Source: Coraliomargaritaceae bacterium (GTDB taxonomy: Bacteria > Verrucomicrobiota > Verrucomicrobiia > Opitutales > Coraliomargaritaceae). Taken from it: a stretch of DNA of 14,486 bases. Position 1 is the stretch's first letter, and the number at the start of each line of letters is the position of its first letter. Shown here one piece after another: positions 1 through 7,638 of this stretch. The position numbers and the translations under genes were made by a program. The notes below the pieces were generated by a model. That model worked only from the letters and a program-made list of their open reading frames with translations, ran no database searches and was not told the DNA's origin. Location: positions 1 to 14,486 of the forward strand of contig CBFHKU010000020.1 in NCBI GenBank assembly GCA_965656495.1, given 5' to 3'.

Positions 1-1
1 A

Positions 2-27
2 AAAGCGACAGGATTGTCGCTTCCACG
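2..27 (-). repeat. Inverted copy of the REP-like palindromic unit
   Basis: AAAGCGACAGGATTGTCGCTTCCACG is the exact reverse complement of CGTGGAAGCGACAATCCTGTCGCTTT found in the 73-266 array. It may continue beyond the window's left edge. Confidence 0.9.
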
Positions 28-31
28 GGAG

Positions 32-311
32 GAGGGCACTGAGTAAAGTGGTAGGATTAAAATTCTGTACAACGTGGAAGCGACAATCTTGTCGCTTTGG
101 TGTAAGGACCCACAATGAAGGGGTATCCGTGGAAGCGACAATCCTGTCGCTTTGGTGTAAGGACCCACAATGAAGGGGTAACCGTGGAAGCGACAATCCT
201 GTCGCTTTGGTGTAAGGACCCACAATGAAGGGGTAACCTTGGAAGCGACAATCCTGTCGCTTTGGTATATAGGGTTCATGATGGGGAGATTGAGGGCCCT
301 GAGTAAAGTGG
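32..311 (+). repeat. Pair of 20-bp direct repeats (32-51 and 292-311) bracketing the tandem array
   Basis: GAGGGCACTGAGTAAAGTGG (32-51) versus GAGGGCCCTGAGTAAAGTGG (292-311), 19/20 identical. Confidence 0.8.
73..266 (+). repeat. Tandem array of about 3.5 x 55-bp units, each containing a GTGG-headed REP-like hairpin
   Basis: Units start at 73, 128, 183 and 238 (last one partial, ending at 266). Consensus CGTGGAAGCGACAATCCTGTCGCTTTGGTGTAAGGACCCACAATGAAGGGGTAAC. Each has an 8-bp stem AAGCGACA/TGTCGCTT around a 4-nt loop. The sequence between hairpins is near-identical, so this is not a CRISPR array. Confidence 0.92.
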
Positions 312-372
312 GTCGGGTTTGATTTTCGGCTGGTCAGGTGGCTGTGGTGGGGGTTTGCTGGTGGTTTCCAAA

Positions 373-2226
373 ATGCGTTTGCTCTGTCTATTTAGTTTAT
401 TGGGTGTGTTGTTGTTGCCGTGCTTGAACGCGGGTCTGGATTCGATCACGCCGAGTGCGCCGGTGAAGGATTTTCGTTTCCCGAAGTTTGGGGCGAATGG
501 TTACACGCAATGGGTCCTGCGCGGGGCAAAGGGGATTTATGACGGGCCGGAGCAGATTCGGGTGGAGGCGATGGGCTTGCGGGTGTATACGGGGGATGAA
601 CGGATGGCGGTGGAGCTGAGTCTGGACAGTCCGGCGGCGACTTTGCGGATGGAGGAGAACCGGGCGGAATCGAAGGAGTCGATTCGGATCGCGGGTGCGA
701 ATTTTGAAATCACGGGGAAGGGTTGGACCTGGGACGGGGCAAAGAAGGATATTGTGGTTTCGAGCGAGGCGCAGGTGGAATTTGGGCAGTCGATTCTTGA
801 GGGGTCGGGAGAGGATTTAGGGAAGACCTTGGTGCGGAGTGAATCGCTGGAATTGAAAACAACGGTGGAGGATTACGCCTTCGACTTCAAGGGAGGGGTC
901 GAGGCGGAATCGGGGGGTCTGCGTTTGTGGAGCGATCGTTTATTGGCGCGGGCTGATACGCCTGCGGGAGGAAGCGGGGACGCGGGGCCGGTGAGTGGGG
1001 AGTTGCGCGCTTTGCGTGATTTATTGGCGGAAGGCTCGGTGGTAGTGGAAGAGGGCGGGCGTCGTTTGAAGGCGGAGCGGGCGCGTTTTTTTCCGGGGAC
1101 GGAAGTGGTGGAATTGAATGGTTCGGTGCAGGTTGAGACCGGGGGTGCTTTGATCAATGGTGAGCGGATTTTGAGCGAGGCGAACACCGTCATCGTCACG
1201 GGCGCGGCGGATTCGGGGCGGGCGCAGATGGTTTTGGTGCAGGCGGGGGGCTTGGGATTATCGGGGGCGTCGAGTTTGAGCGAGGTGACTTTGATTCATG
1301 CTGACCGGATTGTGATGGAGGAATTGGAAACGGCGACGGAGTTTGAATTTGAGGGCCGGGTCGAGATATTTTCCGGGACTCTGACGGTAAGGGCGGAGCA
1401 TTTGACGGTTTTTTCGGCACCGGCGAAAGCGGTTGGTACGGAAGCAGAGGATGCGTTGCCGGTGGGGGAAGTGCGGGAATTGTATGCGCGTGGTTCGGTT
1501 TATATTGAGGATGAGGGGATGGAAGTGCAGGCGGAAGAGGCGCGTTTTTATCCCGGTCGGGAAGTTGCGAAGTTGAAGGGGAATCCGCGTTTGAGTCATG
1601 AGGGGGCAGTGGTCTCGGGGGCGCGGATGGACTTGTCTCCGGAGAAGGCTTTTGTGTATGGGGACGGGGAACGGCGGGTGCGGGTGCTCTTGCCGGAGTT
1701 ACCGGATTTGGGTTATGAGAAGGAGGCGGCTCCGGAGGGTGAAGCGGCGGAGGCACCGGCGCCGGTGGAGACGGAAGCGAAGGCGACTTTGGTTGAGAGT
1801 GAGCGTTTGGAGATGCGAGAGCTGGAGGGGCAGCAGCAGTATATTTTTGAGGACGCGGTCTCGGTGACGGGGACGAATCTGGCGGTGACATGTGATCGGA
1901 TGGAGGTGCAGGCACGGCGCATGGATGCGGAGCGTTCGGGTGAGTCCGGTTTAATGGGGGCGACGCAGATCGAGGAAATTGTGGGGACGGGTTCGGTGCG
2001 CATTGAACAGGAGGGCCGGGTGGCTCGTGCGGACAAGGCATGGATTGATCCGGTTGGATCGCGTTTGGTTTTGGAGGGCAACGCGGAGGTGGATGACGTG
2101 AAGGGTCAGGTGCGGGGCGGGCGTCTGGTGTTGAATCAGGGTGAGCGCCGTGCGATTGTGGAGGGCGGTGCGGATGGGGAGCGAGCGCGGGTGACCTTGC
2201 CGGAGTTGCCGAATGGCAAAGATTGA
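373..2226 (+). CDS. LPS-transport periplasmic bridge protein: N-terminal LptC-like domain plus three LptA/OstA-like beta-jellyroll domains
   Basis: ATG at 373 gives a signal/anchor segment MRLLCLFSLLGVLLLPCLNA (the TTG at 319 is less likely). An LptC-like segment (W.L.G..G...; 'IRIAGANFEITGKGWTWD') is followed by three repeats of an OstA-like pattern (TL..S/A..L/I...; F...V; 'GSV.I/VE..G....AE/D.A'; 'L.GN/S'; 'G.RARVTLP'). It lies immediately upstream of lptB. Confidence 0.8.
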   Translation: MRLLCLFSLLGVLLLPCLNAGLDSITPSAPVKDFRFPKFGANGYTQWVLRGAKGIYDGPEQIRVEAMGLRVYTGDERMAVELSLDSPAATLRMEENRAESKESIRIAGANFEITGKGWTWDGAKKDIVVSSEAQVEFGQSILEGSGEDLGKTLVRSESLELKTTVEDYAFDFKGGVEAESGGLRLWSDRLLARADTPAGGSGDAGPVSGELRALRDLLAEGSVVVEEGGRRLKAERARFFPGTEVVELNGSVQVETGGALINGERILSEANTVIVTGAADSGRAQMVLVQAGGLGLSGASSLSEVTLIHADRIVMEELETATEFEFEGRVEIFSGTLTVRAEHLTVFSAPAKAVGTEAEDALPVGEVRELYARGSVYIEDEGMEVQAEEARFYPGREVAKLKGNPRLSHEGAVVSGARMDLSPEKAFVYGDGERRVRVLLPELPDLGYEKEAAPEGEAAEAPAPVETEAKATLVESERLEMRELEGQQQYIFEDAVSVTGTNLAVTCDRMEVQARRMDAERSGESGLMGATQIEEIVGTGSVRIEQEGRVARADKAWIDPVGSRLVLEGNAEVDDVKGQVRGGRLVLNQGERRAIVEGGADGERARVTLPELPNGKD

Positions 2227-2281
2227 CAGTTGCCAAGGTGGGAGTTGCGAACAGCGTAAGAATAGATTTTTAATTGAAATA

Positions 2282-3022
2282 ATGGAAGCAGGAGCGACAA
2301 AGGAGCGAATCAAGACGCGTGATCTGGCAAAGGATTACGGGAAACGCCGGGTCGTGGACGGGGTGGATCTCGAAATTGCGGCAGGAGAGATTGTGGGTTT
2401 GCTGGGGCCGAATGGGGCGGGCAAGACGACCTCCTTTTATATGATTGTTGGTCTGGTGCCGGTCTCGGGTGGGGAGGTTTTTTTGAATGAGGCATCCCTC
2501 ACGGACTTGCCGATGTATCAACGGGCGCGGCTTGGGATGGGCTATTTGCCGCAAGAGCCGTCGGTGTTTCGCAAGTTGACGGTGGAGGAGAATATCCGCG
2601 CGGTGGTGGAGACTTTGCCGATTAGCAAGGCGGAACGGTCCTCGCGGGTAGAGGAGCATTTGGCGGAATTGGGATTGACTGAGTTGGCGGATCAGAAGGC
2701 TTTTACCCTGAGCGGAGGCGAGCGCCGCCGTCTGGAGATTTCCCGCGCCCTCGTGACGCGACCGAAGTTTTTGTTGATGGATGAACCCTTCAGCGGGGTG
2801 GATCCGATCAGCGTGAGTGAGGTGCAGAAGATTATCGTGCAATTGAAGGAGCGCGGAATTGGGGTTTTGATCACCGACCACAATGTTCGGGAGACGCTTA
2901 GCATCGTTGACCGCGCTTACCTGATGCACGAGGGGCGGGTCTTGAGCGAAGGTACCAGTGATTTTTTGATTAACGATCCGCAAAGCCGGGAGTTTTACCT
3001 CGGTGAAGATTTCAACATCTAG
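2282..3022 (+). CDS. lptB: LPS export ABC transporter ATP-binding protein LptB
   Basis: Walker [27 protein letters not shown], signature [30 protein letters not shown] and C-terminal YLGEDF are characteristic of LptB. ATG 2282 is preferred over 2213, which overlaps the upstream gene. Confidence 0.95.
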   Translation: MEAGATKERIKTRDLAKDYGKRRVVDGVDLEIAAGEIVGLLGPNGAGKTTSFYMIVGLVPVSGGEVFLNEASLTDLPMYQRARLGMGYLPQEPSVFRKLTVEENIRAVVETLPISKAERSSRVEEHLAELGLTELADQKAFTLSGGERRRLEISRALVTRPKFLLMDEPFSGVDPISVSEVQKIIVQLKERGIGVLITDHNVRETLSIVDRAYLMHEGRVLSEGTSDFLINDPQSREFYLGEDFNI

Positions 3023-3036
3023 AAAGGGAGGAAGGG

Positions 3037-4005
3037 ATGCCAAAGAATCAGAAACTACAGACGAAATTCGTGGAAGCGGTACCGGTGCGCGATTTTTATG
3101 AGTCCTTCAAGGAGCCGCTGGAGTTGGATTGTGTGGCGGGCGCTCAGGGCTTGGACGGGATGATTCGCGAGCGGAGCCTCAATCGCCCCGCGCTGGCGGT
3201 AACGGGTTATTTCAAATATTTTGCCGCGAAGCGGATTCAACTTTTTGGGGCGGGGGAGATGGCCTACCTGCGCGATTTAAAGCGGGACGAGGAGGCGAAG
3301 GTTTTAACGGAGATGCTGGAACGGAAGGTACCGTGTATTTTGGTATCGCGGAATTTATCGCCCTCGAAGGTGATGCTTGAACTGGCGGAAAAATACAAGA
3401 CCCCCTTGATTCGCTCGCCCTTGAAATCGAAGACCATCACGACCGAGGCAACCTTGCTCCTGGAAGAGAAGTTTGCGCCGCGGACGCACATCCACGGAAC
3501 CTTGATGGACATCAAGGGCATCGGAACCCTGATCTGCGGGGAAAGCGGGGTGGGTAAGAGCGAGTGCGCGCTCGCCTTGATCGAACGCGGACACAGTTTG
3601 GTGGCGGACGACCTCACGCATATCCAACGTTTGAGTGACCGGGAATTAATCGGGACCTCGGCGGAGTTGAGCCGTGGATATATGGAATGCCGGGGATTGG
3701 GGATCATTAATATCGCGGAATTATTCGGGGTGCGTTCGGTGCGCCTGCGGAAGGGGATCGATTTGGTGATTAACTTCGTGGCATGGACCCCCGGGATGCA
3801 CGAGGAGCGAACCGGTTTGGAGGAAAACACGGTGGAGATTCTTGGATTGAAGGTTCCGACGATGGAGATTCCGGTGCGCCCCGGTCGGGACATGGCGCGA
3901 TTGGTGGAAGTGGCATCAATGGCGCAGGCTCTGAAATTAATGGGGCATGATTCCGCGAAAGAATTCAACGAGCGCCTGATCGCCAACATGGCAGAAAAAA
4001 AATAA
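3037..4005 (+). CDS. hprK: HPr(Ser) kinase/phosphorylase
   Basis: [11 protein letters not shown], Walker [26 protein letters not shown], signature [19 protein letters not shown]. Strong SD-like GGAGG upstream. Confidence 0.95.
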   Translation: MPKNQKLQTKFVEAVPVRDFYESFKEPLELDCVAGAQGLDGMIRERSLNRPALAVTGYFKYFAAKRIQLFGAGEMAYLRDLKRDEEAKVLTEMLERKVPCILVSRNLSPSKVMLELAEKYKTPLIRSPLKSKTITTEATLLLEEKFAPRTHIHGTLMDIKGIGTLICGESGVGKSECALALIERGHSLVADDLTHIQRLSDRELIGTSAELSRGYMECRGLGIINIAELFGVRSVRLRKGIDLVINFVAWTPGMHEERTGLEENTVEILGLKVPTMEIPVRPGRDMARLVEVASMAQALKLMGHDSAKEFNERLIANMAEKK

Positions 4006-4164
4006 TTGCGTGCCAAAAATTTTCTTCAGGCACGATACGAGCGTACCGCTTCGTTAGGGTTGTATTTTTTGCTTATGGAAAATGCCTGTTTTCAAAGAGT
4101 AACAGAATCGTGACTTTCGGCGGTTATCTTTTTTTGAGGCTAGAAAAAGTTATTCAGTAGCGAC

Positions 4165-4173
4165 TGTGAATAA
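4165..4173 (-). promoter_or_regulatory. DnaA box (TTATTCACA)
   Basis: TGTGAATAA on + reads TTATTCACA on -, a perfect match to TT(A/T)TNCACA. Two-mismatch boxes flank it at 4150-4158 (TTATTCAGT) and 4175-4183 (TTGTTCAGA). Confidence 0.7.
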
Positions 4174-4347
4174 CTTGTTCAGAAGTTGCCCTTGCCAATA
4201 CTTTAAGGCTCATTTTTTTTCGTATTGTCCTCGGTTGGTTTTTGTTGGAAGATTCAATTTTTACTAACTCAAAGGATACTCAAAACACTACTACCCTCAC
4301 TTATTAAATTTTCTAAAGCATTAAAATACAATCTCTTATGAGGTTGT

Positions 4348-4464
4348 ATGATGCAAAACCAGCTCACATATTTTCAATTCTCACCTAGATTAGCAAACCG
4401 TTGGACTCCTTATTTTGACTTGGTCATCCGTTTTCAGCGCCGCTATTCGCAATGGTGTGAATAA
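4348..4464 (+). CDS. Candidate small upstream ORF (38 aa) in the dnaA leader
   Basis: ATG ATG at 4348/4351 preceded by GAGGT (4340-4344). Translates MMQNQLTYFQFSPRLANRWTPYFDLVIRFQRRYSQWCE*. No recognisable homology. Confidence 0.3.
   Translation: MMQNQLTYFQFSPRLANRWTPYFDLVIRFQRRYSQWCE
4456..4464 (-). promoter_or_regulatory. DnaA box (TTATTCACA) 19 bp upstream of the dnaA start
   Basis: Second perfect TGTGAATAA. The position is consistent with dnaA autoregulation. Confidence 0.65.
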
Positions 4465-4483
4465 AAACGTCTTTTAAAGTAAC

Positions 4484-5908
4484 ATGTCCACTTCCTCCAC
4501 CACGCTGAATCTTTGGAGCAACCTAACTCTTGAACTAAAGGAAATTTTACCGAGCGAACTCTATGATATGTGGTTTGAGGGTCTTTCCTTTGTGAGCGAA
4601 ACCGACAACCGCCTTACTATCAGTGCGCCGAACGATTTCAACGCAATCTGGATTGAGAACAATTATCTGGATGTGATTTCGCAAAAGGCGCGGGATTTGT
4701 CCGGACGGGCCGTCAGTATCAAGGTTGAAGTGGATCCAGGAAACAGTGCGCCGGACAGGGATTCCGATTCAGTTGGCAAAGAGCTGCGCAGCCAGAAGAG
4801 CGGAATCCGGGGCAACAGCCGTGTCGCGCAGGCATCGGAGAACGATTCCAAATCCAGCTCAAAGAAAAACAGAAGCGGGGCGATATTGAACCCGCGCAAC
4901 ACCTTTGATAACTTTGTGGTCGGTTCCGGTAACCAACTCGCGCACGCCGCCAGCATTGCGGTGGCGAACGCCCCGGGTCGTGCCTACAATCCGCTATTTG
5001 TTTACGGGGAAACCGGTTTGGGCAAAACGCACCTCATGCACGCGGTGGCGCACCAGATGCTCAACAACAACCCGAATGCACACATCGCCTATGTGTCCAC
5101 CGAGAAATTCACCAACGAATTCATTCACGCCATCCGTGAAAAGAAGCTGGCGAAATTCCGCAAGTATTACCGCAACGTCGACGCCTTGCTGGTCGATGAC
5201 ATCCATTTCCTTTCCGGCAAGGAGGGGACCCAGGAAGAATTTTTCCACACCTTCAACGATCTCTTTGAGTCGGGCCGTCAGATATTTCTGGCGAGTGACC
5301 GTCCTGCCAATGAAATCGAGCGCTTGGAAAACCGATTGGTTTCGCGCTTTCAATGGGGATTGGTGACCGATGTACAGGCACCCGATTTTGAAACACGGGT
5401 CGCGATTCTGCGGAAAAAGGCCGCTGCGATGCGTCTGGAAATGGAGGACGATGTCATGGAATTTCTCGCGGAGCGGGTCTCGCGGAATGTGCGCCGCATG
5501 GAGGGAGCGCTCACCCGGATCGCGAGTTACAACTCTTTAATCGACCAGTCTCTGGATTTAGAAGCGGTGGAACGCCTCTTGAGTGACCTCTTCCAGGAGG
5601 AGGCCGCCGCACAAGTCACGGTAAACCAAATCCAAAACAAAGTTTCGGACTACTATAAAATCCGTTTCAGCGAACTGGTGGGTCGCCGCCGCACCAGTGC
5701 GATTGTTTTCCCGAGGCAGGTCGCGATGTATATTTCAAGAACCCTGACGAGTGATCCGCTCAAATCGATTGGGGAAGCCTTCGGCGGACGTGACCACGGC
5801 ACCGTGATCCACGCCTGCAAACAGGTGGAGAACATGATGGAGCAGGACGTCACGGTGAAACGCGCAGTGGATTATTTGATCAAGCAATTGTCCAGCAACC
5901 GCGCGTAA
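4484..5908 (+). CDS. dnaA: Chromosomal replication initiator DnaA
   Basis: [31 protein letters not shown] (Walker A), LLVDDIHF (Walker B), [29 protein letters not shown], domain IV PRQVAMY...[16 protein letters not shown]. Confidence 0.98.
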   Translation: MSTSSTTLNLWSNLTLELKEILPSELYDMWFEGLSFVSETDNRLTISAPNDFNAIWIENNYLDVISQKARDLSGRAVSIKVEVDPGNSAPDRDSDSVGKELRSQKSGIRGNSRVAQASENDSKSSSKKNRSGAILNPRNTFDNFVVGSGNQLAHAASIAVANAPGRAYNPLFVYGETGLGKTHLMHAVAHQMLNNNPNAHIAYVSTEKFTNEFIHAIREKKLAKFRKYYRNVDALLVDDIHFLSGKEGTQEEFFHTFNDLFESGRQIFLASDRPANEIERLENRLVSRFQWGLVTDVQAPDFETRVAILRKKAAAMRLEMEDDVMEFLAERVSRNVRRMEGALTRIASYNSLIDQSLDLEAVERLLSDLFQEEAAAQVTVNQIQNKVSDYYKIRFSELVGRRRTSAIVFPRQVAMYISRTLTSDPLKSIGEAFGGRDHGTVIHACKQVENMMEQDVTVKRAVDYLIKQLSSNRA

Positions 5909-5919
5909 GGGCGGTTTTT
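5897..5919 (+). terminator. Possible weak intrinsic terminator overlapping the dnaA stop
   Basis: AACCGC (5897-5902) / GCGGTT (5911-5916) stem with an 8-nt loop, followed by a short T run. Confidence 0.3.
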
Positions 5920-5955
5920 AAACAAACGCCTCGCAGGCGCACCCGGCACAGAATT

Positions 5956-6417
5956 ATGGAATTAACGGAAGCACAATTGGAGACGGTCAAGGATTGGGTG
6001 CGGGCGGGCGAATCGCTTGCAACCGTACAAAATCGCTTGCGCGAGGAAATGGCCGTGGCGATGACCTACATGGATGTACGTTTTCTGGTGGATGATTTGG
6101 ACGTGGTCTCGGAGGTTGTGGAAGAACCGGAACCGGAGGAAGACGACGCGAGCGCGGCGGATGCGGCGGTTGAGGAAGCGGAATTGGTTGAACCCGAGGG
6201 CGGGGTACGCGTCGAGCTCGATGCGATCAAACGCCCCGGTGCGCTGCTCAGCGGGACGGTGGTCTTTAGCGATGGCAAAAGCATGAATTGGCAACTCGAC
6301 GCGAGTGGTCAGTTGGGACTCTTGCCCGGCGAGGATCCCGAATACCGTCCGAGTCCCGAGGATGTTCAGGCGTTCCAGAGTGAGCTCTCGAAGGTGGTGC
6401 AGTCGCAGGGTTACTAA
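5956..6417 (+). CDS. Acidic hypothetical protein (153 aa): helical N-terminal domain, acidic linker, small C-terminal domain
   Basis: Clean ATG-TAA ORF filling the gap between dnaA and menG, with protein-like composition (35 D/E versus 11 K/R by hand count). Confidence 0.85.
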   Translation: MELTEAQLETVKDWVRAGESLATVQNRLREEMAVAMTYMDVRFLVDDLDVVSEVVEEPEPEEDDASAADAAVEEAELVEPEGGVRVELDAIKRPGALLSGTVVFSDGKSMNWQLDASGQLGLLPGEDPEYRPSPEDVQAFQSELSKVVQSQGY

Positions 6418-6432
6418 ACCCCGAGCGCGGTT

Positions 6433-7128
6433 TTATTTGGTGGCTTCGTGAATCGCCACGATGGAAAAGGTGAGGGCGATCGCCTTGACGGCGGAGAAGC
6501 CCGCCTCACGCACTTGCTGGGCGAGTTGCGGTCTGGATGGAAATGCCTCGATGGAACCGGCGAGGTAATCATAGGCGCCCTTATCGCCGGTAGCTAACGC
6601 CGCGAGGCGAGGCAGGATAAACTTGAGGTAGAGGTAATAGAAGGGACGGAACCAGAAATGGGGCTGGGAAAATTCGAGGATAAACAAACGCCCGCCCGGA
6701 CGCAGGACGCGGTGGATCTCGGAGAGACCTTTGTGGCGGTCTTCAAAATTGCGCACCCCGAATGCGATCGTGATGGCATCGACTGAGGCGTCCGGGAGCG
6801 GTAATGCCATGCAATCGCCAAAAGTGAATTCGAGGTCGGCGTAAGCGGGGCGCTCCTTTTTTTTGAGTCGGGCGGTTTCCAGCATCGGTTCACAGAAATC
6901 CATTCCGCACACCGCGACATCGGTACCGAGGCGGTCGCGCAATTTAAATGCGACGTCGCCGCTACCGGTGGCGAGATCCACAATCCGGCGCGGGCCGAAG
7001 GCCTCCACCCGGTCAGCGAGGACTTTGCGCCAGTAATAATCAACCCCGCCACTGAGAAAGTGGTTGGCGAAGTCATAACGATTCGCAATATTTGCGAACA
7101 TACGGTTCACGCTTTTGCCTTCAGGCAT
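6433..7128 (-). CDS. menG: Demethylmenaquinone / ubiquinone biosynthesis C-methyltransferase (MenG/UbiE family)
   Basis: [23 protein letters not shown] motif [48 protein letters not shown]. Confidence 0.92.
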   Translation of the reverse strand: MPEGKSVNRMFANIANRYDFANHFLSGGVDYYWRKVLADRVEAFGPRRIVDLATGSGDVAFKLRDRLGTDVAVCGMDFCEPMLETARLKKKERPAYADLEFTFGDCMALPLPDASVDAITIAFGVRNFEDRHKGLSEIHRVLRPGGRLFILEFSQPHFWFRPFYYLYLKFILPRLAALATGDKGAYDYLAGSIEAFPSRPQLAQQVREAGFSAVKAIALTFSIVAIHEATK

Positions 7129-7172
7129 AGAAGAAAAGTTTTAAATTGTTGGTCAGACGGATGTTTTCGAGT

Positions 7173-7203
7173 TTGACAGTATTTACCACGCTCAAAGTAT
7201 CGT
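7173..7203 (+). promoter_or_regulatory. Possible sigma70 promoter for HU/IHF-hisS
   Basis: Perfect -35 TTGACA at 7173-7178 in the divergent intergenic gap. The best -10, TATCGT (7198-7203), is at a sub-optimal 19-bp spacing. Confidence 0.35.
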
Positions 7204-7255
7204 AGGTCTACTGTTTGCACAGTCTATCTTTTAATTGATTTCAAGTAATACGAGT

Positions 7256-7579
7256 ATGTCCAAAAACCTTACCAAGCGTGATATCGTCCTCGACATTTAT
7301 GAGGGTACGAGCATTCCACAAAAAGACGTCAGGGAAACGGTGCAGCGCACCCTGAATGCAATCGCGAAAGCACTGGCGGAAGGACGCAATGTGGAACTGC
7401 GCAACTTTGGAGTCTTTGAGGTACAGGTGCGCAAGTCCCGCATTGGACGCAATCCCAACAAACCGGAAACCGATGTCGTGATCCCAACGCGAGCCGTGAT
7501 CAAATTCAAGGCGGGCAAGGAATTGAAGGAACAACTCGCGGAGCTTGATATTTCCGCTTTAAACGACGGTGAGGGTTAA
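7256..7579 (+). CDS. HU/IHF family DNA-binding protein
   Basis: LTKRDIV..., VELRNFGVFEV, RKSRIGRNP, IKFKAGKELK. ATG at 7256 is preferred to TTG 7235. The subunit type cannot be assigned by eye. Confidence 0.93.
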   Translation: MSKNLTKRDIVLDIYEGTSIPQKDVRETVQRTLNAIAKALAEGRNVELRNFGVFEVQVRKSRIGRNPNKPETDVVIPTRAVIKFKAGKELKEQLAELDISALNDGEG

Positions 7580-7638
7580 GGGCGAGCACCGGAACGGATT
7601 CCCCGCAGACAGTCTATAACAACCCGACCGACCCTGGC

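Noticed and set aside
57..251. 64-aa minus-strand ORF
   Set aside because: Lies almost entirely within the tandem repeat. The 55-bp period is not a multiple of 3 and the product is not protein-like.
73..266. CRISPR array
   Set aside because: The sequences between the palindromes are near-identical rather than unique spacers, an inverted copy exists, and no cas genes are in the window.
1196..2236. 346-aa Pro-rich minus-strand ORF and the other antisense or alternate-frame ORFs overlapping real genes
   Set aside because: By-products of G-rich, high-GC coding sequence on the opposite strand. They fully overlap well-supported genes.
2213..2281. Longer lptB N-terminus from the ORF track, and TTGACA at 2223 as an internal promoter
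   Set aside because: The extension overlaps the upstream gene and is not LptB-like. The TTGACA has no properly spaced -10.
4006..4483. Firm oriC call, including DnaA-trio-like CACTACTAC near 4286-4294
   Set aside because: Only two perfect boxes, the trio-like run is short and not adjacent to a box, and no skew inversion is visible. Left as an open question.
4006..4483. Divergent rpmH or an RNA gene upstream of dnaA
   Set aside because: No L34-like Arg/Lys-rich ORF, and no tRNA or known ncRNA features recognised.
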